Assembly (NCBI GenBank): GCA_041651535.1
Contig: JBAZIZ010000001.1
Span: 96,368-160,367, forward strand
DNA from: Patescibacteria group bacterium
GTDB lineage: Bacteria > Patescibacteriota > Patescibacteriia > Magasanikbacterales > UBA922
Reading direction: 5' to 3'
Length of the DNA stretch: 64,000 nt
Shown: positions 27,901 to 36,517 of the stretch, in pieces
How positions within the stretch are numbered: position 1 is the first letter of the stretch
Layout: every line of letters begins with the position of its first letter
The notes under the pieces: model-generated
What the model saw: the letters and a program-made list of their open reading frames with translations, nothing else
Database searches by the model: none
What the model was told of the DNA's origin: nothing
Position numbers and translations under genes: made by a program

Positions 27901-27974
27901 AGTTTATTCATTGTCTTTGACATAATACAAAACTTGTTTTGAGCTGGTAGATTGAACAGGTCTATCTTTTCCAT
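24936..27974 (-). CDS. large (~1000 aa) gamma-class N6-adenine DNA methyltransferase (Eco57I / type IIG / PglX-like architecture)
   Basis: FYTPREIVDYM (motif X), ILDPACGSGAFPMG (motif I), VIGNPPYVSVKK (motif IV); ~370-aa N-terminal region and ~350-aa C-terminal putative target-recognition region. Confidence 0.8.
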   Translation of the reverse strand: MEKIDLFNLPAQNKFCIMSKTMNKLPEKIQELNESIKILSQEKSFSNTQNVINNLVSLFGIESKNEWKLFTDSQGKIRSNAGWFMEAEGFADRRASYKISNDNLEKIDLKVYWVKKPKKSIISWLVALTPNFEDEPFYGNLNVGIDFVIPERSDKVIVVLSKNYVIRTLELSGELTITQQEIFSKWLQEFDFTNKAQVHEILWQSFDIEPLNKRFYKEVSSFFVELKQHLIKEKVFDDKHASYFVNRLIGRLVFCWFLDKKGIINDKIDYFNTSGKNSTEYYREKLETLFFKVFNTPIEDREKSIDNITPFLNGGLFEEKLGDKHGDPKLTFPADYFDRLVDFLHHYNFTTDESTSTFQQVAIDPEMLGRIFENLLAEQTEETGEQARKAKGAFYTPREIVDYMSRESLRQYLKNTLGDEGKSFELIDNLLDSKEHDWRDQQRNYRDKLKPYKYDILKALDEIKILDPACGSGAFPMGMLSLLLQTYERLDATFDSYKKKLEIIKNNLHGVDIEPMAVEISRLRAWLSIVVDEEVDSNKIKPLPNLDFKFVCANSLIPLDDTKQKQMFDEADDLEKQMQDIRDKYFNARSPQVKTALKEKFNKLLLTKNQGNLLGKSKKLEQLQSYHPFDNEQVAEFFDPKFMFGISGFDVVIGNPPYVSVKKITSKNKKSFSILFDTGKGRFNLFTLFLEKGQKLLKTDGILTFILPESLYTNSEYRHIRKYLLEKTQICTISNFSSRVFEAAVDTSVIVLKNKSKKDSSIQILLDLNKKITEIKQSDINDIILTKNSANINCIINKINSSSTTLSDIIEVQQGIIYSGQKKEDVFANEKVDENYKRVLDGRDIKKYLIEYDKKKENRYIKYTKKLHRPREERLFLAKEKIIFPRRSNSFVCTIDNDQFYLLNTAYICLQKNQKFSLKYLLAVLNSKVINFLYTKTYVGWQITMPAINNLPIPSISLEEQRPIINLVDTLLKTRKENSDADTSKLEEEIDQLVYKLYDLTDEEIKVIEESS

Positions 27975-30900
27975 CCAAAGTCTTATAAGATAAACTGATC
28001 AATTCTTTTAATTCATCTAGGAAACCTTCGTTTGCTCTTTTTTGTTTCACAATCTTTCTGACTAGTCTTCTTATTATCTGTTGATCTATAATATTTTTTG
28101 TTTGAAAAGCCAGTCTGACTTGTTCAATATCCTCTTCCAATGTTTGACTTTCAAATAAAATTCTTAGTAATTCTGTTTGTTGAGGAAGTGGAGCACCTAT
28201 TTCATCATCCTCTGAATAAGTGGCAATGCTTTGTCTTACCTTTTCATCTATCATTTGTTTGTCCACGCTAATGTTGTCAGAAACTCTTTCATTATTATCA
28301 TCAGTTGTTCTCAACCACTCTAGAGCCTGCAAATTGGTTACAGCCTGAAAATTAGATCCGTCCCTTAACATAGAGACAAAACTATGACCAATTACTTCAT
28401 AATTTTCATCACGTAAATTATTAAAGGATAAAACATCTGGTCTTTGCTCACCGCGATGAACAGTATTTGGCATAATAGCCCATTTACCAAGTGAAATATT
28501 GTATATTTTATCTCTGTACTCTTCGGATAATTTATCATTAAGATGAAAGTTTTTTAGATCTGCTACAAAAATATCTTCTGCCAACAAGAAATCAGCTTCT
28601 CTTTCTAATTTTTCCATTGCTTCAATACGTTTTTGAATATCTTCACTATAAATATCTTTTAGATTATCAGTATATTCAATCGGATTTGCTAGCTCGTCTA
28701 GTACGGGGGAATCGGTACCGATAGTATTTTTAATCAAATTAATTTTGCCTTCTAATCTTTCAACCAGTTGTAGATACTCTTCAAGTTTTGCTTCTGGTGA
28801 AATATTGTAAATATAAACTTTGTCATATGTACTACCTAAACGATTTACACGACCATTTCTTTGAATCATTCGAACAGGGTTCCAATGCAAATCATAGTTA
28901 ACAAGAATTCCACAATCTTGAAGATTTTGACCTTCCGATAGGATGTCGGTTGAAAATAAATAATCTAATTCAGTTTCATCGTCTTTGATTTTATAATTTT
29001 TTGCTTTTGGTGCAAATCTATTTGCCGAGTTTTCGCTATCAACTCTATTTTTAGATGAAATGAATGCGGAATTTTCATTTGTAATAAATTTTGCGTATTC
29101 AGGCAATGCTTCTTTTAAATATTCTACTGTATCAGCATAAAATGAAAAAATTAAAACCTTTTTTCCTGCTGGCTGTTCTTTTTGAAGATTTTTTAATAAT
29201 TCCGCAAAAGATCTAATTTTAGAATCATCTTTACCTAAAATAGAAAGTTGTCTATCAAGAATATCTATCAATATTCTTTCTCTTCGTATATCTTCTCTCA
29301 GTGCTTCTATATTATATTTTTTATCATCAATATCATCCAATTCCATTTCTTCATCAATTTTAATATCTTCAGGATTAAAATCTTCATCACCAATACCCAA
29401 CATTTCTTCAATATTACTGAGATTTTTTAGACTAACGATTTTACCAATATCCAAACCTTTTTCAAAAACATCCAATTTTCTTTTGTAAATGTCTAGAGAA
29501 CTTCTAATCGCACTAACAGATGACTCTAATCTTTTTAAGAACATCGTTCGCAAAATCCCATAGATACTTAATTGAAGAAATAATGATTTACTTTCTCTTT
29601 CATCAAGTTTCATGGCTTTTACTTCACCTCTTGTTTTTCCATAGTATTTTGTTTGATACATCATCCATCTATAAGGAACAAATCCTAACAATAAAATTAT
29701 CTGATAAACAAAAGCGACAGCTGATAAATTTGAAAATTTTTCATCATCTACTTCTGCTTCCAAATTTTCAATTTGATCAAGAGGGTGTAAAAGTGCATTT
29801 GTGTTTTTAACAATCTTATCAATTGGTAATCTGTAAATTTTACCCAGATCCACTTCATTACTTTCTAGATTTTTAACTTCATCAGCTACTTCTTTATTAA
29901 AACCATATTTTTTAACCTCTGGAACAACAGTTGGAAAATGACTTTCTTTACCACCAATATTCAATCCGCCATATTCTTTTTCTATCCCTTGCCTTGTCCT
30001 CCTAACAACAAAAGCTCTAATAATAGGAGCCATTACTTGCTGGACATAATTTTTATCAAAACTTCCATCTCTTTTTAGATCCTGTTTTATTTTCTTTTGT
30101 AAATTTTCAATTGCTTGATAAAAAGACATTTGAACCGTCTGTTTCAACTTTTTATCAACCGATGTCACTTTTAATACATCGGCAACACCTCTAGTACCAA
30201 GTAATATTTGATTTACAATATCACCTAATTGATTGTTAATAGGAGTGGCAGTAAGTAGAAGTACGTGAGCTTTGGGGTTATTTCTTATCCATTCAATAAT
30301 TTGATCAAATCTTTTTCCTCCGCGATTTTTTAAATTATGAGATTCATCAATAACAAATAACGATACACTGGCAATATTATCAAGCTCTTTTTTTCTTTCA
30401 ATTTCATTGGGATTTTGCAATGTAATTGGCGAAAGACCCAAAACTCCTTGTATTGCCATTTCTTTTTCCCATTGAGTTTTTAAGGATTTTGGACAAATAA
30501 TTTCAACACGCTGTTGTCCAGAGTCAGTATTAAGATATTGTTTTATTACTTCAATAGCAGTATATGTTTTCCCCAAACCAACAGAATCTGCCAACATAGC
30601 AACTTTATATTTTTTCAATCTTCTAACAAGGGCATGAACATTTTTGACTTGAAAATCCAAAAGATCATATTTACCTTTGATAGTTTCATCTAAGTTTTCT
30701 TCAATCAATTCATCGCTATACAAATCATAAAGTGTTTTTATATATGTTTCATAAGGACTAAAAAGAGTATCGCCAGCTGGTGAATTTTCTAATAATTCAG
30801 TAAATTGACCATTCCATTCTTCTGTTTGAGGATCATCCCAAAATTTATCAAACCAAAATAAATGACCAACTTCTTGGGTTTTAGATTTTGGTTGAAATGT

Positions 30901-31395
30901 TACAATTCTATGATCAGGTTCAAGAGAATTCAGTTCGGTATTTGAAGTCAATCCATTTTTTGTAAAATTGGATGACCCAATAATTCCAATCGCATTATCT
31001 GAAGAATAATCACCAAATATATAACATTTTGCATGAAGAAAATTCTTTCGATAAACACGAACTTCCAAATTACCATTTTTAATCATTACTTTTATTTCCT
31101 TGACTAATTCTTTTAATTCAGGGGTCGGTTGAATTCTTTCTAGATCATAAAAAAAATCTTTATCAGGATAATCTGGCTCTGGTTCAAGTTTTTTATGTCT
31201 TGGTATAAGGGGCTCTCTACCAATTAGTAGCCTGATTTTTTTATAGTCTTTGATCAAATCAAAGACTTCTTGCATTCCTTTTAGATCCCAATATCCAGTT
31301 GCAATTGAGAGATTTTGATAGTTTGAAGTTATTGATTTTATTGTATCCAATAAAACAACCCTATCATTATCAATGATTTTATGAAGATTTGACAT
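27904..31395 (-). CDS. HKD (PLD-family) nuclease domain fused to SNF2-family helicase
   Basis: single HKD motif FLHAKCYIF...GIIGSSNFTKNG; helicase motif I LADSVGLGKTYTAI, motif II DESHNLKN, motif VI QRNGRVNRLGS. Confidence 0.8.
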   Translation of the reverse strand: MSNLHKIIDNDRVVLLDTIKSITSNYQNLSIATGYWDLKGMQEVFDLIKDYKKIRLLIGREPLIPRHKKLEPEPDYPDKDFFYDLERIQPTPELKELVKEIKVMIKNGNLEVRVYRKNFLHAKCYIFGDYSSDNAIGIIGSSNFTKNGLTSNTELNSLEPDHRIVTFQPKSKTQEVGHLFWFDKFWDDPQTEEWNGQFTELLENSPAGDTLFSPYETYIKTLYDLYSDELIEENLDETIKGKYDLLDFQVKNVHALVRRLKKYKVAMLADSVGLGKTYTAIEVIKQYLNTDSGQQRVEIICPKSLKTQWEKEMAIQGVLGLSPITLQNPNEIERKKELDNIASVSLFVIDESHNLKNRGGKRFDQIIEWIRNNPKAHVLLLTATPINNQLGDIVNQILLGTRGVADVLKVTSVDKKLKQTVQMSFYQAIENLQKKIKQDLKRDGSFDKNYVQQVMAPIIRAFVVRRTRQGIEKEYGGLNIGGKESHFPTVVPEVKKYGFNKEVADEVKNLESNEVDLGKIYRLPIDKIVKNTNALLHPLDQIENLEAEVDDEKFSNLSAVAFVYQIILLLGFVPYRWMMYQTKYYGKTRGEVKAMKLDERESKSLFLQLSIYGILRTMFLKRLESSVSAIRSSLDIYKRKLDVFEKGLDIGKIVSLKNLSNIEEMLGIGDEDFNPEDIKIDEEMELDDIDDKKYNIEALREDIRRERILIDILDRQLSILGKDDSKIRSFAELLKNLQKEQPAGKKVLIFSFYADTVEYLKEALPEYAKFITNENSAFISSKNRVDSENSANRFAPKAKNYKIKDDETELDYLFSTDILSEGQNLQDCGILVNYDLHWNPVRMIQRNGRVNRLGSTYDKVYIYNISPEAKLEEYLQLVERLEGKINLIKNTIGTDSPVLDELANPIEYTDNLKDIYSEDIQKRIEAMEKLEREADFLLAEDIFVADLKNFHLNDKLSEEYRDKIYNISLGKWAIMPNTVHRGEQRPDVLSFNNLRDENYEVIGHSFVSMLRDGSNFQAVTNLQALEWLRTTDDNNERVSDNISVDKQMIDEKVRQSIATYSEDDEIGAPLPQQTELLRILFESQTLEEDIEQVRLAFQTKNIIDQQIIRRLVRKIVKQKRANEGFLDELKELISLSYKTLDGKDRPVQSTSSKQVLYYVKDNE

Positions 31396-31512
31396 GTAAT
31401 TGAATTTTAATAATTATAGATATTGTACTATTTTTGACCACAAAAGTAAAGTTATCAGAAAAACAAAAACCACTCTTTTGTAGAATGGTTCTTTTATTTT
31501 AATGAAATGACC

Positions 31513-31538
31513 TACTCGAGTCGGTTTCACCAAAATTA
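31513..31538. repeat. copy 4 of the ~29-nt direct repeat CGAGTCGGTTTCACCAAAATTAG
   Basis: 21/22 identity with the core of the 33058-33086 copy; overlaps the stop of the 31536..32117 gene. Confidence 0.55.
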
Positions 31539-32117
31539 GTCAACAAGACCAATAGATTCAGGAATGACTCCATGCAGAGGGAAAGAACTTGTGTTAATAA
31601 AAATCATCCAGTACAAAGCATCTTCAATACCAACCATAAAAGGAGCTATTTTTGCCACTACAAATTTAGAAATTTTTCTATATTTAAAATCACTTTTTAA
31701 TCTATCAAAATTAATTGGTTTGTTAATTATTAATTTTCTAAGATAGTTTGAAAACAAATACCATAATTCATCTTCATATAAAAAAACAGCAGGTATGTTA
31801 ATTTTCTTAAACAATATTTTTAATTGATCTTTTAAATGAATAAATGAAGTCAATTCTTCAATGTATTTATTAACCACATGCCGATCCCAAAGAACTTCTC
31901 TTTTATTAAATAATCTATTTAATTCTTCAAAATAATTATACATTTCTTTAATATTATCTTTTTTCTTATGCAATATCCAATCAGAATAAAATTTAATTAC
32001 CCTAAATTGTTCAGTATTTTCATCTTCTAATAAAATTCTGATCGAGGAAAAGAAATAATTTACATCAGCTTCAGATTTAAAACCTTTATCAATTATTTTT
32101 TCTATTGTTTCTTTCAT
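31536..32117 (-). CDS. hypothetical protein (possible paralog of 33164..33778)
   Basis: 193-aa ORF; same position relative to the direct repeat as the 204-aa ORF. Confidence 0.5.
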   Translation of the reverse strand: MKETIEKIIDKGFKSEADVNYFFSSIRILLEDENTEQFRVIKFYSDWILHKKKDNIKEMYNYFEELNRLFNKREVLWDRHVVNKYIEELTSFIHLKDQLKILFKKINIPAVFLYEDELWYLFSNYLRKLIINKPINFDRLKSDFKYRKISKFVVAKIAPFMVGIEDALYWMIFINTSSFPLHGVIPESIGLVD

Positions 32118-32281
32118 AAATTTATATCTAAATTCATAAAAAAATTAATGTTTTTTATCTTTTAAAACATAATAATTTGACATATTTTATGAGTTAAAAT
32201 TAAATATATTTTTATATTATCATTTTTAATTTATATTGTAAAACAAAAAAATAAACTTTTAAAAAAATTTTATTATGTTTT

Positions 32282-32998
32282 TTAATTATCTAAGTTATTT
32301 TCAATAAAAAATAAACACGAATTGATATAATCAAACAACATATTAATTAATTCACCTTGATTCAAGCTTGAACTTTCCACTATTTCTTCATCTGTTTTAG
32401 AACATGCAACTTGTTTTACATTATGTCTCATATCACTCATAAACCATGTACACTGTTTATGTTTCTTTTGATTATGTACAATGTCAACATTTCTATAATT
32501 AACAATAGAATCTATAATTTCTTTAAGCATAGGTAGATTTTTATCTTTAAATTTTTTTACCCTTTCATCATCTCCTGAATATACTTTTAATTTATTATAA
32601 AATTTAGTGATTGACCTATCACCAATGTCTCTCCAATCATAAAGAGATCTAAATAGTTCTGTAAAATCATCTAAAAAGATTTTAATAAATATATATAAAC
32701 ACTTTAAATCTAAAGAATTTTCTCTATTTATAGCTTCACTTTTTTTTCTTAAAATTTGACCTAGTTCATTAATTGTATTATTAATATTATTTTCTTTTTG
32801 AATTTCTCTTTCATTTCTTTCAAATAAAAAAATATTTCTTTCTAATCTTGTAAAAATAGTTTCAATATCATAAAAAGAACGCAAAACAACAGAAATTCTA
32901 CGGTTTAATTTATTACCTTTATTATATTTTTCTTTATTTAAAATATTAGATATATTTGATATTTTATCTCTAATATTTTTAAAATCTATAGTTTCCAT
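32282..32998 (-). CDS. hypothetical protein with HEPN-like Rx5H motif
   Basis: IVNYRNVDIVHNQKKH. Confidence 0.45.
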   Translation of the reverse strand: METIDFKNIRDKISNISNILNKEKYNKGNKLNRRISVVLRSFYDIETIFTRLERNIFLFERNEREIQKENNINNTINELGQILRKKSEAINRENSLDLKCLYIFIKIFLDDFTELFRSLYDWRDIGDRSITKFYNKLKVYSGDDERVKKFKDKNLPMLKEIIDSIVNYRNVDIVHNQKKHKQCTWFMSDMRHNVKQVACSKTDEEIVESSSLNQGELINMLFDYINSCLFFIENNLDN

Positions 32999-33057
32999 AT
33001 ATTTATTATAACAAAAACCGTCCTTTTTTAGAACGGCTTTTTTATTTGGTGATATAA

Positions 33058-33086
33058 CCCAATCGGGTCGGTTTCACCAAAATTAC
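33058..33086. repeat. copy 3 of the direct repeat CCCAATCGGGTCGGTTTCACCAAAATTAC
   Basis: 27/29 identical to 35011-35039. Confidence 0.6.
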
Positions 33087-33163
33087 CTGCTCTAATAAAA
33101 GAAACAAATCAAGGTTCAAAATAAATTTTTATAATTTTAAATAAAATCAATATACTATTTCGT

Positions 33164-33778
33164 TTATTCAAATTTGAAAGGAACAACTAAAACAGTACTA
33201 TCACTATGTAAAATATATAAATTTATAAGCCCTCCCCAAATTGGAACTGTATTTTCTTTAAGTGAAACCTGAGTTACCCAACACCCTAATTTTATAGGAT
33301 TTGCTTTTATATTTTCAATAATAATTTTATCTTTCTTTTTTGTTAAATTCTGTGATAAGTGTATAGGGCAATCTTGTAAAATTTTAATAAGATTAACAGC
33401 AAAATTTTTCCAAAAATAATCGTTGTCAAAAATCGTCACATTAATACTATTTTTTTTTAATAAATACTTTATTTCAGTACGTAAATCTTTAAATGAGATG
33501 GCACCCGAAATAAGTACAGATACTAAGTTTTTATCTTTAAAAGTTTTAATATTTGATATTATTTTATTTAGTTTTTCTATAACATGTAATGCCGCAGTTC
33601 TATCCATATCAATATGAACCGACCAATTACAAAAAAATTCAAGAAGTTCTATATCTTTTTCATTAGTATTATCAATTAATTTTCTCATTAGTACCATCAA
33701 ATGAACTATATGACTCTCACTTAAATTATCAGGTAGCGTAATAATATTAGCTATTTTATTAACAATTTCATTTCTCAT
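33164..33778 (-). CDS. hypothetical protein
   Basis: 204-aa ORF. Confidence 0.5.
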   Translation of the reverse strand: MRNEIVNKIANIITLPDNLSESHIVHLMVLMRKLIDNTNEKDIELLEFFCNWSVHIDMDRTAALHVIEKLNKIISNIKTFKDKNLVSVLISGAISFKDLRTEIKYLLKKNSINVTIFDNDYFWKNFAVNLIKILQDCPIHLSQNLTKKKDKIIIENIKANPIKLGCWVTQVSLKENTVPIWGGLINLYILHSDSTVLVVPFKFE

Positions 33779-33803
33779 AATATAACTACGCTTAGTTTAT
33801 TTT

Positions 33804-34751
33804 TTAAAAAGGTAAATCTTCTATTATGTTAGAATCCTCTTTTAGAACCCAGATTGCATTTTTGTTAATTTTATATTTATTAAGATAATTATTTTTAATA
33901 TTTTCCACTTCTTCCGTTGAAATAAATTTTTCTGGTAAAGATAAAATCACCAACTCTGCAATCGACATACAATTATATGTTACTAATTTATAAAAATTAG
34001 AATTATTTACTGGAATAGTATTTTGATCTGTATGCCTTATGTTACTGATCTGATTCGCTAAATCTTTAGAGTTTTTAACAGCATCGTTAAGTAATTTTGT
34101 TAGCGATAAAACGTTCTTTTCGCTAGTCCACTTTTGAGATACCATTTTGCAAAGATTTTCACTGTAATTCTTTGTATTTTTTTTATCCTTTGGACTACTA
34201 AAAATATTTTGTATTAAATCAGCAGTGATTCTTGATAAAACTTGATAATTAGGATTCTCAATATTTGTTAAGAAAAACTCTTCCAACTTATCTTTTAAAG
34301 ACTTATTTTTTATGAATGGCACAACTGACCTAACACCGGTTATATTTTTATTAAAAAATAAATACTCATGTATCAAAAATGGCGTATCTTCTTCCTCTAA
34401 TATATAATTAATTCTTGTTATAACAATACTCCTCTTTTCTTGTTTACTAAAAATAATTAAAATTTCTAATAAATCAAATATTACTGCATCTTTTTTATTA
34501 GAATAACTTAAACAATTTTTTAAATCAACATAATCCACAATAGAATTTCCTATTTCTCTCATTCCTAACTCTTTAAGAGAATCATGATTTAAACAAAATA
34601 TATTTTTTTCCTCGTTATATACTAAAAGAAAACGTTCAATATATTCATCGCTACTTGATATAAATTTAATCTCTTCAAGAAGACGGTTTCTTATTCTTTC
34701 TTCTAGAAAATTTTTATCTGCTTGTTTATATCTTTTTGAAAATAATTCCAT
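33804..34751 (-). CDS. hypothetical protein
   Basis: 315-aa ORF. Confidence 0.5.
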   Translation of the reverse strand: MELFSKRYKQADKNFLEERIRNRLLEEIKFISSSDEYIERFLLVYNEEKNIFCLNHDSLKELGMREIGNSIVDYVDLKNCLSYSNKKDAVIFDLLEILIIFSKQEKRSIVITRINYILEEEDTPFLIHEYLFFNKNITGVRSVVPFIKNKSLKDKLEEFFLTNIENPNYQVLSRITADLIQNIFSSPKDKKNTKNYSENLCKMVSQKWTSEKNVLSLTKLLNDAVKNSKDLANQISNIRHTDQNTIPVNNSNFYKLVTYNCMSIAELVILSLPEKFISTEEVENIKNNYLNKYKINKNAIWVLKEDSNIIEDLPF

Positions 34752-34806
34752 AATAAAAAACTAAACACAAACGAGAACTACCTCGCTTAAATTAAGACCC
34801 CCAAAA

Positions 34807-34833
34807 ACGGATTGGTTTCATAAAAATTATTTT
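34807..34833. repeat. degenerate copy 2 of the direct repeat (GGATTGGTTTCATAAAAATTAT)
   Basis: about 16/22 identity to the core motif. Confidence 0.35.
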
Positions 34834-35010
34834 TTCAGGGATAAGGCTTCGTCTTTCGTCGGCTTCCACCTCCTTAGACTAGTATAATTTTATACATAAT
34901 AACAGCTTATATTGTACTATCTTTTAACCTAAAAGTAAAGTTAATTAAAAAAACAAAAATCGCCTATAAATGGCGATTTTTGCATATAAAACTTAGGTGA
35001 AGTTTTCTGA

Positions 35011-35039
35011 CCCAATCGGGACGGTTTCACCAAAATTAT
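35011..35039. repeat. copy 1 of the direct repeat CCCAATCGGGACGGTTTCACCAAAATTAT, 4 nt from the tRNA-Gln 3' end
   Basis: abuts the tRNA (35044); the same motif recurs three more times downstream on the tRNA strand. Confidence 0.6.
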
Positions 35040-35043
35040 CTGC

Positions 35044-35114
35044 TCGGGGACAGGGATTCGAACCCCGATAGCCAGGACCAAAACCTGGAGTCCTACCGTT
35101 AGACGATCCCCGAA
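35044..35114 (-). tRNA. tRNA-Gln(UUG)
   Basis: reverse complement TCGGGGA-TC-GTCT-AACGGTA-GGAC-T-CCAGG-TTTTGGT-CCTGG-CTAT-CGGGG-TTCGAAT-CCCTG-TCCCCGA-G; U1:A72 as in many tRNA-Gln; anticodon UUG. Confidence 0.8.
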
Positions 35115-35594
35115 TATTGTATATATTATTAAATTGTAATTTTCACAAAACTCACATGTTTGTTTACATACCGTTAGACCCGTCCGCCATGGCTTCGCCG
35201 TAGGCGTGCCGGGCGGGCGATCCCCGAATATTGTATATATTATTAAATTGTAATTTTCACAAAACTCACATGTTTGTTTACATACCGTTAGACCCGTCCG
35301 CCATGGCTTCGCCGTAGGCGTGCCGGGCGGGCAATCCCCGAATATTGTATATATTATTAAATTGTAATTTTCACAAAACTCACATGTTTGTTTACATACC
35401 GTTAGACCCGTCCGCCATGGCTTCGCCGTAGGCGTGCCGGGCGGGCGATCCCCGAATATTGTATATATTATTAAATTGTAAATTTCACAAAACTCACATG
35501 TTTGTTTACATACCGTTAGACCCGTCCGCCATGGCTTCGCCGTAGGCGTGCCGGGCGGGCGATCCCCGAATATTGTATTTTAACAAAAAATTAT
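35115..35594. repeat. four tandem copies of a 120-bp unit, each ending in the tRNA-Gln 5' end (positions 1-10)
   Basis: units at 35115-35234, 35235-35354, 35355-35474, 35475-35594 are near-identical; on the tRNA strand each reads tRNA[1-10] + 39-nt GC-rich segment + tRNA[11-20] + AT-rich tail; the trailing copy is truncated. Confidence 0.8.
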
Positions 35595-35602
35595 TTTAGC
35601 TT

Positions 35603-36508
35603 TTATTTCCTTAAATATTTACTCATTGCAAAAGAACTTGATAAAGCAGTGAGTAAAAATACTACTAAAAACTGAAAACTTACGAGCTCCATTATATTAG
35701 AATAATAGTATTTTGTCAATAGATCTTGCGCTGAAAAAATTACATTTAAATAATTATCCAAAAAAGAAACAGCAAATAGTATAATCAAAAAAGATAAAAC
35801 TATGCTGAGCATAGAAAATACCAAAGCTTCAATTATATATGGACCTTTTACATACCAATTTGTTGCTCCAACCAATTTTTTTATTCCAATTTCAATTCTC
35901 TGTGTATAAATTGCAACTCTGATAGTATTAAAAATTATTACAAAAGAAATAATAGCAAATAAAGCAGTCAGAAAATAAGTAAATTTTTCCAATTGGTTTG
36001 TTACATTAGTTATTTTTTCGATCGCAATTTCTGTATCATCAAAAGTTTTTGCTTCAATTATTCCACGGTATTCTGGTACATCCAAAGCAGAAATTATTTT
36101 TTTATAATCTCTTGGATCTCTAGTTTTAACAATTAAAGTTGGCCCTAATGGATTTTCTCCAAGTTCAGTCAAAGATAACATAATTTCTTCATTATCAGCA
36201 TAAAGTTTTTTAAAATTTTCCAAAACCTGTTCTTTTGTTAAAAAAGTTTCACTAGTTACTTCTGGAAAAGAACTAATATAACTTCTGATTTCAGAAATTT
36301 CTTCTTCAACAGCTTTAGCATTAAAATAAACACTAACATCAATTTGGTCTTTGACTGTATCAATAGATTTTTGTGTAATTATTCTTACAACAATCAAAGT
36401 ATTTATAGACAGAAGCATCAAAATCAAAATCAAAACTGTCATGAATGACAAACTAAAATTTCTAAAAATATCTTGAAAAGCAAATTTTAAAATTCTAATA
36501 AAACCCAT
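35603..36508 (-). CDS. ftsX: cell-division ABC transporter permease FtsX
   Basis: N-terminal FtsX fold, 4 TM segments, adjacent to ftsE. Confidence 0.8.
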   Translation of the reverse strand: MGFIRILKFAFQDIFRNFSLSFMTVLILILMLLSINTLIVVRIITQKSIDTVKDQIDVSVYFNAKAVEEEISEIRSYISSFPEVTSETFLTKEQVLENFKKLYADNEEIMLSLTELGENPLGPTLIVKTRDPRDYKKIISALDVPEYRGIIEAKTFDDTEIAIEKITNVTNQLEKFTYFLTALFAIISFVIIFNTIRVAIYTQRIEIGIKKLVGATNWYVKGPYIIEALVFSMLSIVLSFLIILFAVSFLDNYLNVIFSAQDLLTKYYYSNIMELVSFQFLVVFLLTALSSSFAMSKYLRK

Positions 36509-36517
36509 AAAAAATAT

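Noticed and set aside
24209-31395. Calling the MTase / PLD-SNF2 locus a class 1 DISARM system
   Set aside because: DrmA (DUF1998-partner helicase) and DrmB (DUF1998) are not present in or next to the operon, and PLD and SNF2 are fused. It is reported as DISARM-like/unclassified rather than DISARM.
35115-35594. Tandem repeat array considered as a CRISPR locus
   Set aside because: Units are 120 bp and near-identical throughout, with no short repeat plus unique spacer structure. They contain tRNA-Gln-derived sequence and no cas genes are nearby. The same reasoning applies to the 115-bp repeats at 57743-58080.
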